Assembly (NCBI GenBank): GCA_964016885.1
Contig: OZ024746.1
Span: forward strand, 17,422,001-17,486,000
Source: Eledone cirrhosa
Lineage: Eukaryota
Direction: 5' to 3'
DNA length: 64,000 bases
Position 1 is the stretch's first letter; each line of letters starts with the position of its first letter. The position numbers were made by a program, and so were the translations under genes. Below are positions 26,851-39,339 of the stretch, in pieces. Under the pieces are notes generated by a model, which saw only the letters and a list, made by a program, of their open reading frames with translations, made no database searches and had not been told where the DNA came from.

Positions 26851-27363
26851 ATATATATATATATATATATATATTCTCTAGACGTCGTTATCAAACGTTG
26901 TAAGTATGATAACAATTTTTTTAACATGTACACAACACACACATACGTACATGTATAGATAGATTAAAGTGATAGATAGATATATTTCTTTATTAGCCAC
27001 AAGGGCGCACAAGAAAAGGGGATAGATAGATAGACAGACAGATAAAAATATCTTAATGAGTAATAAGATATCATTTCTCAGAAAACTAGTAGGTCTTTCG
27101 ATTGAGAATATAGCAGTCGATTAGAGCCAATACTTAACTGGATTACTGTAAATTATCGAACCCAGAACTATGAAAGGCAAACTTGACCTTAGGCAGAGTT
27201 TGAACTCAGAAAATAGAGACATGACTAAAAATATTTCACAGTCCGGCGTTCTACCGATTCTACCAATTAACTCGGAACTTTGAAGAAATATATATTTGAA
27301 TTCTGTATATGATAGATAGATAGATGTGTGTGCGTGTGCATGTATGTACCTAATGTGAGTGTG

Positions 27364-27398
<35 letters not shown>

Positions 27399-27421
27399 GA
27401 TATAGATATATATATATAGAT

Positions 27422-27507
<86 letters not shown>

Positions 27508-27713
27508 GCATGTATGTACCTAATGTGTATATATATATATATATATAATCGCTATTTTTCATTTCGTCGACATCACACAAAAAGATAACACAAGAGAAAG
27601 ATGTTGAAATCTCATATAATATTGAAAATTTCAAAAGGAACACCAGTCTATAAAATGTATATTATATATATAATAGATGCAATATACAATACATATATAT
27701 TAAACATACTCAC

Positions 27714-27795
27714 CAGCTGATGCAGATTGTAGAATTATGAATAAAACAAGAAATGTTAAGATATAATAGGTGAAAAGATGATATAGTTGTTTCAT
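27714..27795 (-). CDS. First coding exon (signal peptide) of an LDLa-repeat protein
   Basis: Minus strand reads MKQLYHLFTYYILTFLVLFIILQSASA plus 1 nt, followed by donor GTGAGT. Basic N-terminus, hydrophobic core and A-S-A cleavage motif. Phase 1 matches the next exon (G+TC = Val). A pyrimidine-rich acceptor (cttctttcctag) ends at 27818, implying an upstream UTR exon. Confidence 0.8.
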
Positions 27796-28915
27796 AACGT
27801 TTTTCAGTAGTAAGAATCTAGGAAAGAAGTCACACACACACACACCAATATAAAATAGTTGTAAGTATGAATGGGTCGATGGTTATAAGATATGATATTT
27901 CGTTTTCTTCTTTTAAATAAACTGCTTCTTCTTCGACACTACAAACCAGATGACGAAATCCACTCTATGGTCTTTTTTTGTTTTTTTGATTTTCAATTAA
28001 ATATATATGTGTGTATATTTATATATATGTGTGCGTGTATATATATATATATATATATCAGCGTTGAAGAATTAATTGCTGTTGCATCTATGAGAGATCG
28101 TTTGAAATAACAATCTTGTTATTGTTTTGTAAAATATGTAATAAATATAAATGATATCAATAACAATTAAGTAGAGAAAAAAAAGATAAAGATAAAACAA
28201 CGTTAAGATCAAGTCATTGAAAAATCCACCTTAACATAGAATATCAGTGCGTCGCCGGTCTATGGGAGGAGAGAGAGAGTAAATAGATTGACGAAGTATA
28301 TATGTTTGAGAGGAATGGAAGGAGGGACAGACTAAACAAAATGAGAGGGATAAGAAAGAATTGTGTGTAAAAAAGGAATGCGAGATCTAACTGTGTATGT
28401 GTGTGCGAGTGTTTGTATGGAGGAATGGGAGGAAGAGAGACAGAGTAAGGAGAATGAGAGGAGCCTATGTGTACAGTAAACAGAGTAAGAGATTGTGTTA
28501 TGGGTGTGTGAGTGCGTATGTATGTATGCGTGTGTGTGAACCTATGTTGGTGCAAGTGTGTGTGTGCGCGCTCTTGAATCAGTATGTTTGTGAGCGTGCG
28601 TATAATCCTATATGTTTGTGTGTGAGAAAGAGACTGGGTATATGTGGGAGAGTAGAAGAAGATGAGAAAAGAGCTAGACAGAGAAAAGTTAAGAAACCGA
28701 TAGAGTAAGTGTTTGTGAGAGAAAAAAAGATTAATGGCAGACAGTGAGAAAGAGATTGTGGGTGTGTGTTTGTGTGTTTGTGAGAAAAAGAATGAAAGGA
28801 TGTTTGTAGTTATAAGACAGATAAAGAAAGTATGTGTTCTTGCATCAATGTGTGTGTGTGGGAGAGAAAGAGAGGAGGATAGGAATGTGAAAGAAATAGA
28901 TACATAGAAAAGATA

Positions 28916-28953
<38 letters not shown>

Positions 28954-31129
28954 AAGCGGGAGAGAGGGAGAAAACGAAGGTAAGACAAGTAAAAACAGAC
29001 GTGTAATGTTCTACTCCACGTGTCTTTCGATGTTAACCGAATGCAAAAATAATATAAATTCAATTATATATATATATATATTTTAAATCCCTTTCTTGTG
29101 TTGCTTTCTAAAATAAAAAGAATAATTTGATTTCAATCCCAGTTTTTGTTTTTAAAATATATATTTTTTTAATCCTTTATAGAAGTTTTAAGTTAGTAAA
29201 ATAGAAATTTTATTTTGTTTAAATTCAACGTAAAATATTTTATTAAATTTTCCATCTTTTGTTATTATTTATCAACAATTTGATATAAAAGATTGCAAGA
29301 TAAGAAGATGCGAGGAAAACACCAAATTGAGCTCATTAATATTAATGATCTCATTAATATTAATGAGATCAGGCCACACTGCTAAACTGGACTACTTGCG
29401 TGAGCAAACAATATAAGTATAAATACGCCAGATGAACTACACAGCTATCAATCAATGTTTCAGATTAAATGTCGAAGTAATGGAAGAACAGAAAATGAAA
29501 CTTTAGATTATTTCTTTTAACTAAATATTAAATATTTATATTAAGTAAAAATGCGTATTATTGCAGTTTATTTTCAGGCGAAATTTCCATGTGCTCGCAT
29601 GAATACATAACGGGGTGTTAACCAGATTCATGTCGTATTTTACGCTAAATTCTTCTATTGTATTTCTTGTTGCTGCGTCGTTCAGAATCTTGTCTTTAAA
29701 ATTTCTATTCTTTTCCGTATATATAATTGTTATTCCGTTTTTGTCGACTCATAGAATAAAACAAAATGATATAACTTAAAGATAACAAGCTGTAATTGTT
29801 ATATAAGAGAAAAGTATTTGTCTAATAAAAACCACTGAAATTCTTGTGAACCATAAAAGTGTGCGATGTATTTGTGATTACATTAATCACAAGAGTTTCC
29901 TCGTTAAATATGAGCGTAGCAGTAATACATATAAGGCAAATACAGTGTGTTGCTGTTGTTTTGTTTAGCCCAGTGTCGGGACAAAGATTATTATCAACGG
30001 CCGAGAAAGGGGGGCAAAAACATTTTTGGCGCCCCTACCTTAACTGTCATGATGAACCCAGGGAAATTTTTCGCCAGGGAGCAACTGCTTCCTTTTGTAT
30101 ATATCCCTCGCCTTTGTTTTAACCACAGGTCAGCCCTGGTGGAGCACACCTATGATGACCTCTCAACTTATCAATCAACGCTTCTTCGTTTTTGTTTTGT
30201 TTTTAATGGAACATTAAATGATTTAGGGTTATGGTTACAATTAAGGATTAAAGTTTAGGATTTTCTCTTTTGAAACATCTACGTTTATATTTTCCCCCTT
30301 TTTTTCATTCAATTGTTTTAGGATCATTAACAAATACTTTGTCATCAATCTGTTTTCCTTGTTTGTTTATTTAACAAACCCTATCTGACTGAATTAACTA
30401 AAATATAGCAATGTTGATGTATAATTTCCAATTACTTTTTCAATATTGTAGATAAGTTAAAATTAAATGAAATATATATACTTCTTTGGGAATTTTCTTA
30501 AAATTTACTAAAGAATACATTTCAGAAATAAAAAAAAAAGACATGCACACACAAAATTACATTCTACAACAAGGAATCTGCTGTTTTCCCTCCAAAAATG
30601 TTTGAGGCAAGCCAAAGACACGACATTACGGCAGCTGATAGCGAGGCTAAGGCGCTGAATAGCCAAGCGTCCTCACGAGCATCACTAGGTACTTCTGTAA
30701 GTTGAGCCAATCAATCCTAAACAACACATAGCCAAACAAAATAAACTACTAAAATACCATGATTTATATTAGTAAATAACATTTTTTCCCCAGCCTGTGG
30801 CATTCAAGGCGTCATAAAAGTATCTCTACCCTTGGTCCAACTATCACCAGGAATGGGAAATATGTTTTAGAAACTAGGGTTAAATTAAGGTCACTAAGGT
30901 TGTGAAAGAAAGGGAGAGGTTGACGCTATAAATTCCCAGACCTACCTCAGATACTGAAAAGTGGTGGGAAACGCCAGGAATACCCTGCATAACATCTCTC
31001 CCTCCCCCATTTCCATCACTGAGTAATCACTCACCTCATGTGAGGGTGGAGAACAGAAAGAGTCAAGATAAAGCCTCTGCAGTTTAGGGTCTCACAATCC
31101 ACAGTGGATCCCAAATCATTAATAGACAT

Positions 31130-31405
31130 ATCATCAATTTTACATTTGTTTTTCCATGCTTGCATAGGTTGGATGGGTACATTTCAGCACAACTTCCACC
31201 GCCCAGGTAATATCCCTTCATCATCTCCTCTGTAAGGTTAATTAAGTTCAGATCAACTCTAACTACCTCTGTCCAGGTTTTAATCAGTCTTCCTCTACTG
31301 CAACTTCCTTCCACTGGCATTACCTGACACTTCTTCACTCAGTACTCTTTATTTATATACATACCATGTCCATACCAGTGCAGTCCAATAGAGCATGCTT
31401 GCTTA
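31130..31405 (-). mobile_element. Decayed RTE 3' fragment adjoining the 67-bp array
   Basis: Peptide VEGSCSRGRLIKTWTEVVRVDL. Confidence 0.8.
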
Positions 31406-33422
31406 ATTTTTCTCCAGTCTCCATATATCCCCTGCATTTAACCACCCATGTCTCACTGTCATGCAACATCACATTTTTCTCCAGTCTCCATATATCCCCT
31501 GCATTTAACCACCCATGTCTCACTGTCATGCAACATCACATTTTTCTCCAGTCTCCATATATCCCCTGCATTTAACCACCCATGTCTCACTGTCATGCAA
31601 CATCACATTTTTCTCCAGTCTCCATATATCCCCTGCATTTAACCACCCATGTCTCACTGCCATGCAACATCTCACATTTTTCTCCAGTCTCCATATATCC
31701 CCTGCATTTAACCACCCATGTCTCACTGACATGCAACATCACATTTTTCTCCAGTCTCCATATATCCCCTGCATTTAACCACCCATGTCTCACTGCCATG
31801 CAACATCACATTTTTCTCCAGTCTCCATATATCCCCTGCATTTAACCACCCATGTCTCACTGCCATGCAACATCACATTTTTCTCCAGTCTCCATATATC
31901 CCCTGCATTTAACCACCCATGTCTCACTGCCATGCAACATCACATTTTTCTCCAGTCTCCATATATCCCCTGCATTTAACCACCCATGTCTCACTGCCAT
32001 GCAACATCACATTTTTCTCCAGTCTCCATATATCCCCTGCATTTAACCACCCATGTCTCACTGCCATGCAACATCACATTTTTCTCCAGTCTCCATATAT
32101 CCCCTGCATTTAACCACCCATGTCTCACTGCCATGCAACATCACATTTTTCTCCAGTCTCCATATATCCCCTGCATTTAACCACCCATGTCTCACTGCCA
32201 TGCAACATCACATTTTTCTCCAGTCTCCATATATCCCCTGCATTTAACCACCCATGTCTCACTGTCATGCAACATCACATTTTTCTCCAGTCTCCATAAA
32301 TCCCCTGCATTTAACCACCCATGTCTCACTGCCATGCAACATCACATTTTTCTCCAGTCTCCATATATCCCCTGCATTTAACCACCCATGTCTCACTGCC
32401 ATGCAACATCACATTTTTCTCCAGTCTCCATATATCCCCTGCATTTAACCACCCATGTCTCACTGCCATGCAACATCACATTTTTCTCCAGTCTCCATAT
32501 ATCCCCTGCATTTAACCACCCATGTCTCACTGCCATGCAACATCACATTTTTCTCCAGTCTCCATATATCCCCTGCATTTAACCACCCATGTCTCACTGC
32601 CATGCAACATCACATTTTTCTCCAGTCTCCATATATCCCCTGCATTTAACCACCCATGTCTCACTGTCATGCAACATCACATTTTTCTCCAGTCTCCATA
32701 TATCCCCTGCATTTAACCACCCATGTCTCACTGCCATGCAACATCACATTTTTCTCCAGTTTCCATATATCCCCTGCATTTAACCACCCATGTCTCACTG
32801 TCATGCAACATCACATTTTTCTCCAGTCTCCATATATCCCCTGCATTTAACCACCCATGTCTCACTGCCATGCAGCATCACATTTTTCTCCAGTCTCCAG
32901 ATATCCCCTGCATTTAACCACCCATGTCTCACTGTCATGCAACATCACATTTTTCTCCAGTCTCCATATATCCCCTGCATTTAACCACCCATGTCTCACT
33001 GTCATGCAACATCACATTTTTCTCCAGTCTCCATATATCCCCTGCATTTAACCACCCATGTCTCACTGCCATGCAACATCTCACATTTTTCTCCAGTCTC
33101 CATATATCCCCTGCATTTAACCACCCATGTCTCACTGCCATACAACATCGCATTTTTCTCCAGTCTCCATATATCCCCTGCATTTAACCACCCATGTCTC
33201 ACTGCCATGCAACATCTCACATTTTTCTCCAGTCTCCATATATCCCCTGCATTTAACCACCCATGTCTCACTGCCATACAACATCGCATTTTTCTCCAGT
33301 CTCCATATATCCCCTGCATTTAACCACCCATGTATCACTGCCATGCAACATCACATTTTTCTCCAGTCTCCATATATCCCCTTCATTTAACCACCTATGT
33401 GTCACTGCCATGCAACATCACA
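31405..33422. repeat. 67-bp tandem array derived from RTE coding sequence
   Basis: About 30 copies of tttttctccagtctccatatatcccctgcatttaaccacccatgtctcactgccatgcaacatcaca. The minus strand encodes MLHGSETW and AGDIWRLEKN. Confidence 0.97.
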
Positions 33423-33574
33423 TACCAGTATCCAAAAAGGATAGAGAATTGTATAAAGGAAGAATCAACCTCATTACGGGACTGATACATTTTTTATCAA
33501 CTTCAAAAGATGAAAGACAAAGTTGACTTTAGTGGGTTTTTAACTCAGAGTGCAGAGAGCTAGACACAAAGCAT

Positions 33575-33830
33575 TCTATCCAACATTCTAATGACTCTGC
33601 CAAGATGCTGCCTCCTAATAATATGGTTTTCTGTAATAGAGCTGTTGAAATTTCAATCCCAAATTTCTCCCACCATGATTTCATTGTTCTTTGTACCAAG
33701 AATGCTCGCAATTTCAGCTTTTTTCATATTTCAGACTCTTGAAATTTCTCTTCTTACATGACAGTTTCTTGTCAGTTTTCACTGCATCACCAGGTGTCTC
33801 CCCATGCTCCACAGGTATATACAGTATTGT
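33575..33830 (-). mobile_element. Decayed R4/Dong-like (restriction-endonuclease) LINE C-terminus
   Basis: Peptide WWEKFGIEISTALLQKTILLG resembles the LQKxxLLGT terminus of these elements. Confidence 0.5.
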
Positions 33831-35825
33831 TGTTGTTTTTTTTTTGGGGGGGGGGGGGGCAAATCTGGTTCAAACTTGTGGATTAGTAGTTAAGGTATTG
33901 GAATTTCGATCTCAATGTTGTGGGTTCAATTCCTGTAGCAGGTGGTGTGTTCTTGAGTAAAACTCTTCATTCCACAATGCTCTAGTTCACTCAGCTGAAA
34001 AGGAGTACAAGCAGTAGCTGGGGGCTAACCACAGCTGGACTTTCACCTGTTGAGCCCTAAGGTATATGAAATTTGAGGCCCTTCTCTAAAAAAAGTTTAA
34101 ATAATTATACATGATTATTATATATTAATGATTACAAAATTAAATTAGTTACGAAATGTTCCTTTTAACTAATTAATTGATTTATTTCATTTACCACAAA
34201 GAAAGATAAAATATATTTTTTTAAATGAGGCCTCCGTAGGTGTGAGGCCCTAAGCTATAGCTTATTTAGCTTCTAGGTAAGTCTAACACTGGGGTTAACC
34301 CTGCAATAGACTTATGCCAAGGAAAGCAAGATAAGCACAAAGCAGCTGTCAGGTGGACCTCTGGGCTTGGGACAGACTTTAATTTTAACACATGTTAATG
34401 TACTACATCAGTTTTGATTTGCTGTTGGGTTATGGCTTTATTTCAATGTTTCTTCTTTTGGAGTAAAATATATTGCAATATTGAGTTAAGTTACTTTAAG
34501 TGGTGATTAGATTTCCTATGTACTATGTAATTGGTATTTTTTGTTTGTTCAGTGTCAAACAGTGATTGTCCATTTATATGTATGGTGTGAGGTTTGTGCA
34601 GCATTAACAAGTTGCAGCTGTTGATAAGGTGACTAACATGAATTATTGTTGTGGCAGTTCTTTTCTCTTTAACATTTGAAACTCTCTTTAATGGGCTGTT
34701 CTTCATTGACCTTTTAAGCCATATGTGTAGCAGCTGACCTTTCTGTTCTCAGAAGCCACCAATAGGGACTATTATGAGCATTGCTGTATTATTTATAAGG
34801 CCCATAATACAGAACCCTATGGACTTCACAGGGACTAGTGTCACCAACACTCATTAGCAGGTTGCTCTTCACTGACCTTTTTGTCTTCAGCTACCACCAA
34901 TAGGAACTATTATGACAGGGACGTATTATTTAAAAAGCTCACTAGACAGAAATCTGGGGACTTCACAGGGACTAAGATCCCACATTGCTGTTATGGGATG
35001 AAAGGGATAAAAAAAAAACTGAAAGCCTAGGGACCCCATCACTATAGTAATAGAGCCCAGGTTATGGCCGTTCTGTTCTGAACAACTAATTATAGGGTTA
35101 TATATACAGTTAGACAGAAAGAGATCAATAAAATAAGGACCTGACTTGCAGAAAAAGAAAATTGTATTGTGATCTATATGATTGACTAAATCTCTTCAAT
35201 AAGATGGTGCAGTAGCATTGTCACTGTCAAGTGACTAAAAACAGTAAAAGAATAAAAAGTTACAAAACCCTGTGAAGGCAAAGTTGTATTTCTGGTCAAA
35301 AAATAACTTCAGTGAATAAAATGCCTCATGTTTGATTCATATAAACATTTCTGTGTCCTTGTCCAATCCCTAAATACACCTCCTTCGTATTATTTACATG
35401 TAAACTTCCCTCTTCTGTCCTTCTACCTGTTTAAACAACCCTGTCACACGCCTCCGCTTATTTCAGGGATCTCACGTTACTCTTTATGAAAACAAACAAA
35501 AAAAAAAGGAAAGTCAACCTTGCATTCTTCTTCTTCTTCTTATTATTATTATTATTATTATTATTATTGTTATTCTTTTTCTTTTCTTCTTCTTTTTCTT
35601 GTTTTCTTCTTTTTCTTCTTCTTCTTCTCCTTCTTCGCAATATTTAATTATAACTTTCTACTCTGAGTTCAAATCCTGCCGAGGTTAACTTTGCCTTTCA
35701 TCCTTACGCCGTTGATAAATAAAGTACCAGTAATGTACTGGAGTCGATTTGAACAACTTTCCCTCCCCCCAAAATTGTTGGCATTGTGCCTAAAAATCGG
35801 AAACCATTATTATTATTATGAAAAA

Positions 35826-36012
35826 GGCGGTGGATTGGCAGTATCGGTAGAGAGTCGGACGCCATGCTTTGCAGCATAGTAACGTCCCTTTACGGTTTGA
35901 GTTCAAATCCCGCCAAGGTTAACTTTGCCTTTCATCCTTACGGGGTCGATAAAATAAAGTACCAGTAATGTACTGGGTAATTGCTGGCCTTGTGCCAAAA
36001 GTAGAAACAATT
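35826..36012 (+). mobile_element. Meta-like SINE copy
   Basis: Full-length copy, preceded by another at 35655-35815. Confidence 0.8.
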
Positions 36013-36062
36013 ATTATTATTATGAATTTGATATCTCAGTCATTGATGTTATTTAACCAGAA

Positions 36063-38112
36063 TCATCATCATCATCATCATCATCAGGTTTAACGTCCGT
36101 GTTCCACGCTTGCATGGGTTTGGACGGGGGTTTTCCCACTTGAGGCAAGAGTGATTGTCTTGCTCGCATAGGACTGTCTGGCGGGTTTTCTACAGTTGGA
36201 TGCCCTTCCTAACACCAACCACATTTACAGTGTGGGGCTGGGAGGTTTTTACCGTGTTGCCTACACGGCCACATTACAGCGTGGACTGTCTGGCGGGTTT
36301 TCTACAGCTGGATGCCCTTCCTAACACCAACCACATTTACAGTGTGGGGCTGGGAGGTTTTTACCGTGTTGCCTACACGGCCACATTTACAGCGTGGACT
36401 GTGTGTTTTTTTGTCGTGACACCTACACGATCTCATTTGTTTCGGCCTGGATGTTGTGGGACCAACATAACTGTACATTGAAAGGGGCGGTGTGGATGGG
36501 GTGGAGGTGGTGGGACGGGGGGTGTTTTGATAGAGATGCCTACTGACTGTAGTAGGTTTTTACTTTGTATTTAGGTAAGGCGGGTCTTCTCTATTACTGA
36601 GTACCGCCAAAGGTCTCGGTCCAGTGACATTGTCTTGGAGAGGTGTAAGCGTGTGAGGTCGGAATTTATCAGCTCGTCCCATGTTTTTCTGGGTCTGCCT
36701 ACTCCGTGGCTACCGTCTATCTTTATTGCCCTGCACTTTGTTATACAGCTGTCGTCTTTCATGCGCATCACGTGACCGTACCAACGTAGCCTTCTCTCGA
36801 GTAAACAACATCTGATCCCTCTTATTTCTAATTTTTTCCTTAGTTCGTTTATGCTTTGCCGTTCACGTATATTACTATTGCACATCCAGCGGAGCATGCA
36901 AGCTTCGTTCCTCTCTAGTCTGCGTATATCCTCTGCACACAATGCCCAGGTCTCACTGCCATGCAGCATTGCTGTTCGTATGCAGGCATCGTATAACCTG
37001 CCTTTCATTTTTAGGGAGAACCCTCTAGCGGCTAATAGTGGTATAAGCTCTCTGAACTTTTTCCATCCAGTTCTGACTCTAGCTACTGTACTTTCAGAGC
37101 ACCCTCCCCCACTGCTGATTTTGTCACCCAGGTAACGGAAGCTGTCCACTATTTCTATAGAACCCTCTGCACAGTTGAAGGAGCTAGTATTTTGTGGGCA
37201 CTTGCTGCTACTTATTGCACCAGAGCACCGGCCACATGTAAAATCTATGTTCTTAGTTAGCTTACCTGTGATCCCACTACATCTTTTATGCACCCATACT
37301 TTGCATTTGGGACATAAAATGGAGTTTCTACCTACGCCTTTCCTACACACTGAGCATGGCCATTTCCCAGATGGGACTGCCGCCATATTTTCTTTCCTAC
37401 AAACTAGAAGTTTTGTCTTAGCCAGGTTAATTTTAAGGCCTTTTGATTCTAGGCCGTGCTTCCATGTTTAGAATTTCTTCTCTAGTTCGGTCATTGATTC
37501 AGCTATGAGCGTTAGATCATCTGCGTATAGGAGTTCCCATGGGCAGCCGGTCTTGAACTCCTCTGTTATAGCCTGAAGGGCAATAATAAATAGTAGGGGG
37601 CTAAGAACAGAGCCCTGATGGACACCAACTTTTACGCTAAACTCTTCACTATATTCGTTGTTAATTCTAACCTTACTGACTGTTTCTTTATACATGGCTT
37701 GTATAGCTCTCACAAGCCATTCGTCAACACCTAGTTTTCTAAGAGACCACCAGATAATGGAACGGGGGACTCTGTCGAAGGCTTTCTCCAAGTCGACGAA
37801 AGCTAAGTATAGGGGTTTACTTTTAGCTAGGTACTTCTCCTGTAGTTGTCGTACAATGAAAAGAGCGTCTGTGGTACTTTTGCCTGACACAAACCCGAAC
37901 TGCATTTCATCTAGATCAATTCTCTCTCTGATTAGTTGCGCTATTACTTTTTCCGTGACCTTCATGACCTGGTCGATTAATTTAATGCCTCTATAGTTAC
38001 TCCTATCTAGGGCATCTCCTTTTCCCTTATAGCAGTTAACGATGATGCTGCTACGCCAGTCCTTCGGAACAACCCCATTCTGTACGACTTGGTTAACTAT
38101 CCGGGTGACCAT
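36063..38112 (-). mobile_element. 5'-truncated RTE-clade LINE
   Basis: RT motifs NYRGIKL, QFGF, FVDLEKAFDRV, GVHQGSVLSPLLF, YADDL. RTE C-terminal motifs FRYLG, MLHGSETW, RLRWYGHV, GRPRKTW. 3' UTR with an internal duplication and a (GAT)n tail. Confidence 0.95.
36571..38112 (-). pseudogene. RTE reverse transcriptase ORF remnant with one premature stop
   Basis: ORFs 37468..38124 and 36571..37386 are in the same frame, separated by one TAA at 37468-37470. The endonuclease domain is absent. Confidence 0.9.
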
Positions 38113-38244
38113 AATAAACAACAAGCCGCTACCTGGAGCCTCAGATATTCAGGATATATCAGGATATATAAGCAGGATATATCAGGATATATAAGCAGAC
38201 CTTTTGAAGTGTTCCAAAAAAGGGGGTTGGGTTAATGTTCTTTT

Positions 38245-39304
38245 ATTTGCTAAAAGGTGGTTGAATGTGACAAGAATGACCCGTATGAATGGGCCTACTC
38301 TGAGCATGCGCCTGTAGACTGGTTGATTTGAGGAGACGGGTGCCTTTCCTGCATGCCATCAAAGCATCGGGTGGTTCAGGATTTGTGAGGTAGCTGAGTC
38401 GCCCCTGGGTGATTCTCCCCTATTGAGGAATTTTTATTGTTGATTGTTTTGGTTAATTTGTTTTTACTTGATTTTATTATAAACTCCCACTGTCTCTGTC
38501 TTTTTGTATTGTCCCCTATATGTAGGCCCTAGTGGCCAATAAAGAAATTTTTTTTTTTTTCATTTATCTTGCTTTATATTCATACGAGTCATCACCAAGT
38601 CACAACCAGTAACCTCAAGAGACAACAAAGTCCGCCATGTTCAAGAATTTGTTTACGTGCAAAACCCACATGCAAACACTCTATGTTTTCATCCTGTACT
38701 GTCATAATGTTTCTCTTGATGTGGACCCTTTATGGTCAATAAAGAAATTATTTCTATTACTATTATTATTATTATTTATGGCCCTTTATGATCTGAGTTC
38801 AAATCCAGCCGAGGTTAGCTTTGCTTTTCATCTTTACAGGGTCGATAAAATGAAGTACCTGTCACGCACTGGGGTCGATTTAATTGACGACCCCCCCCCC
38901 CCCCCCCAAAAAAAAAATTGCTGGTCTTGTGCCTATATAAGAAACCATTATTATTATTATTATTAAGCATTTTGTTGAAAGATGGGTGAGAGAGGCAAGA
39001 ATGGCCCGTGTGAATGGGCCTACTCTGAGTATGTGCCTGTAAATTGAAGGTGGAAAACTGGGAGAGGGCACTTGCCCTGGTGGTCAGGGTCACCGTGGCT
39101 TTTTTAATGGGCTTTCTCCACGAATGTCCCTCGGAAGTCTCCCTCCCCCTCTATTGGGGAATTTTTCATTGTTTCTTTTTTTGTTACATCCTCTGTTTTT
39201 TGGGGTTTTTTTCACGCAAAAATGCCCATTTGTACCGTCCTGTATTGTCCTGTACTGTCCTTAATGTCTTACTTTATGTGAACCCTTGTGGTTAATAAAG
39301 AAAA

Positions 39305-39335
<31 letters not shown>
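38245..39335 (+). mobile_element. Cluster of LINE 3' ends (L1/Tx1-like) interleaved with a SINE
   Basis: Two copies encode FAKRWLNVTRMTRMNGPTLSMRL* and FVERWVREARMARVNGPTLSMCL*. Three tails end cc..tgg..aataaagaaa followed by T or (TTA)n. Confidence 0.55.

Positions 39336-39339
<4 letters not shown>

Noticed and set aside
31366-33526. Series of repeated 64-aa ORFs, or a CRISPR-like array
   Set aside because: A 67-bp head-to-tail repeat with no unique spacers, out of frame between units, in a eukaryotic context with no cas genes.
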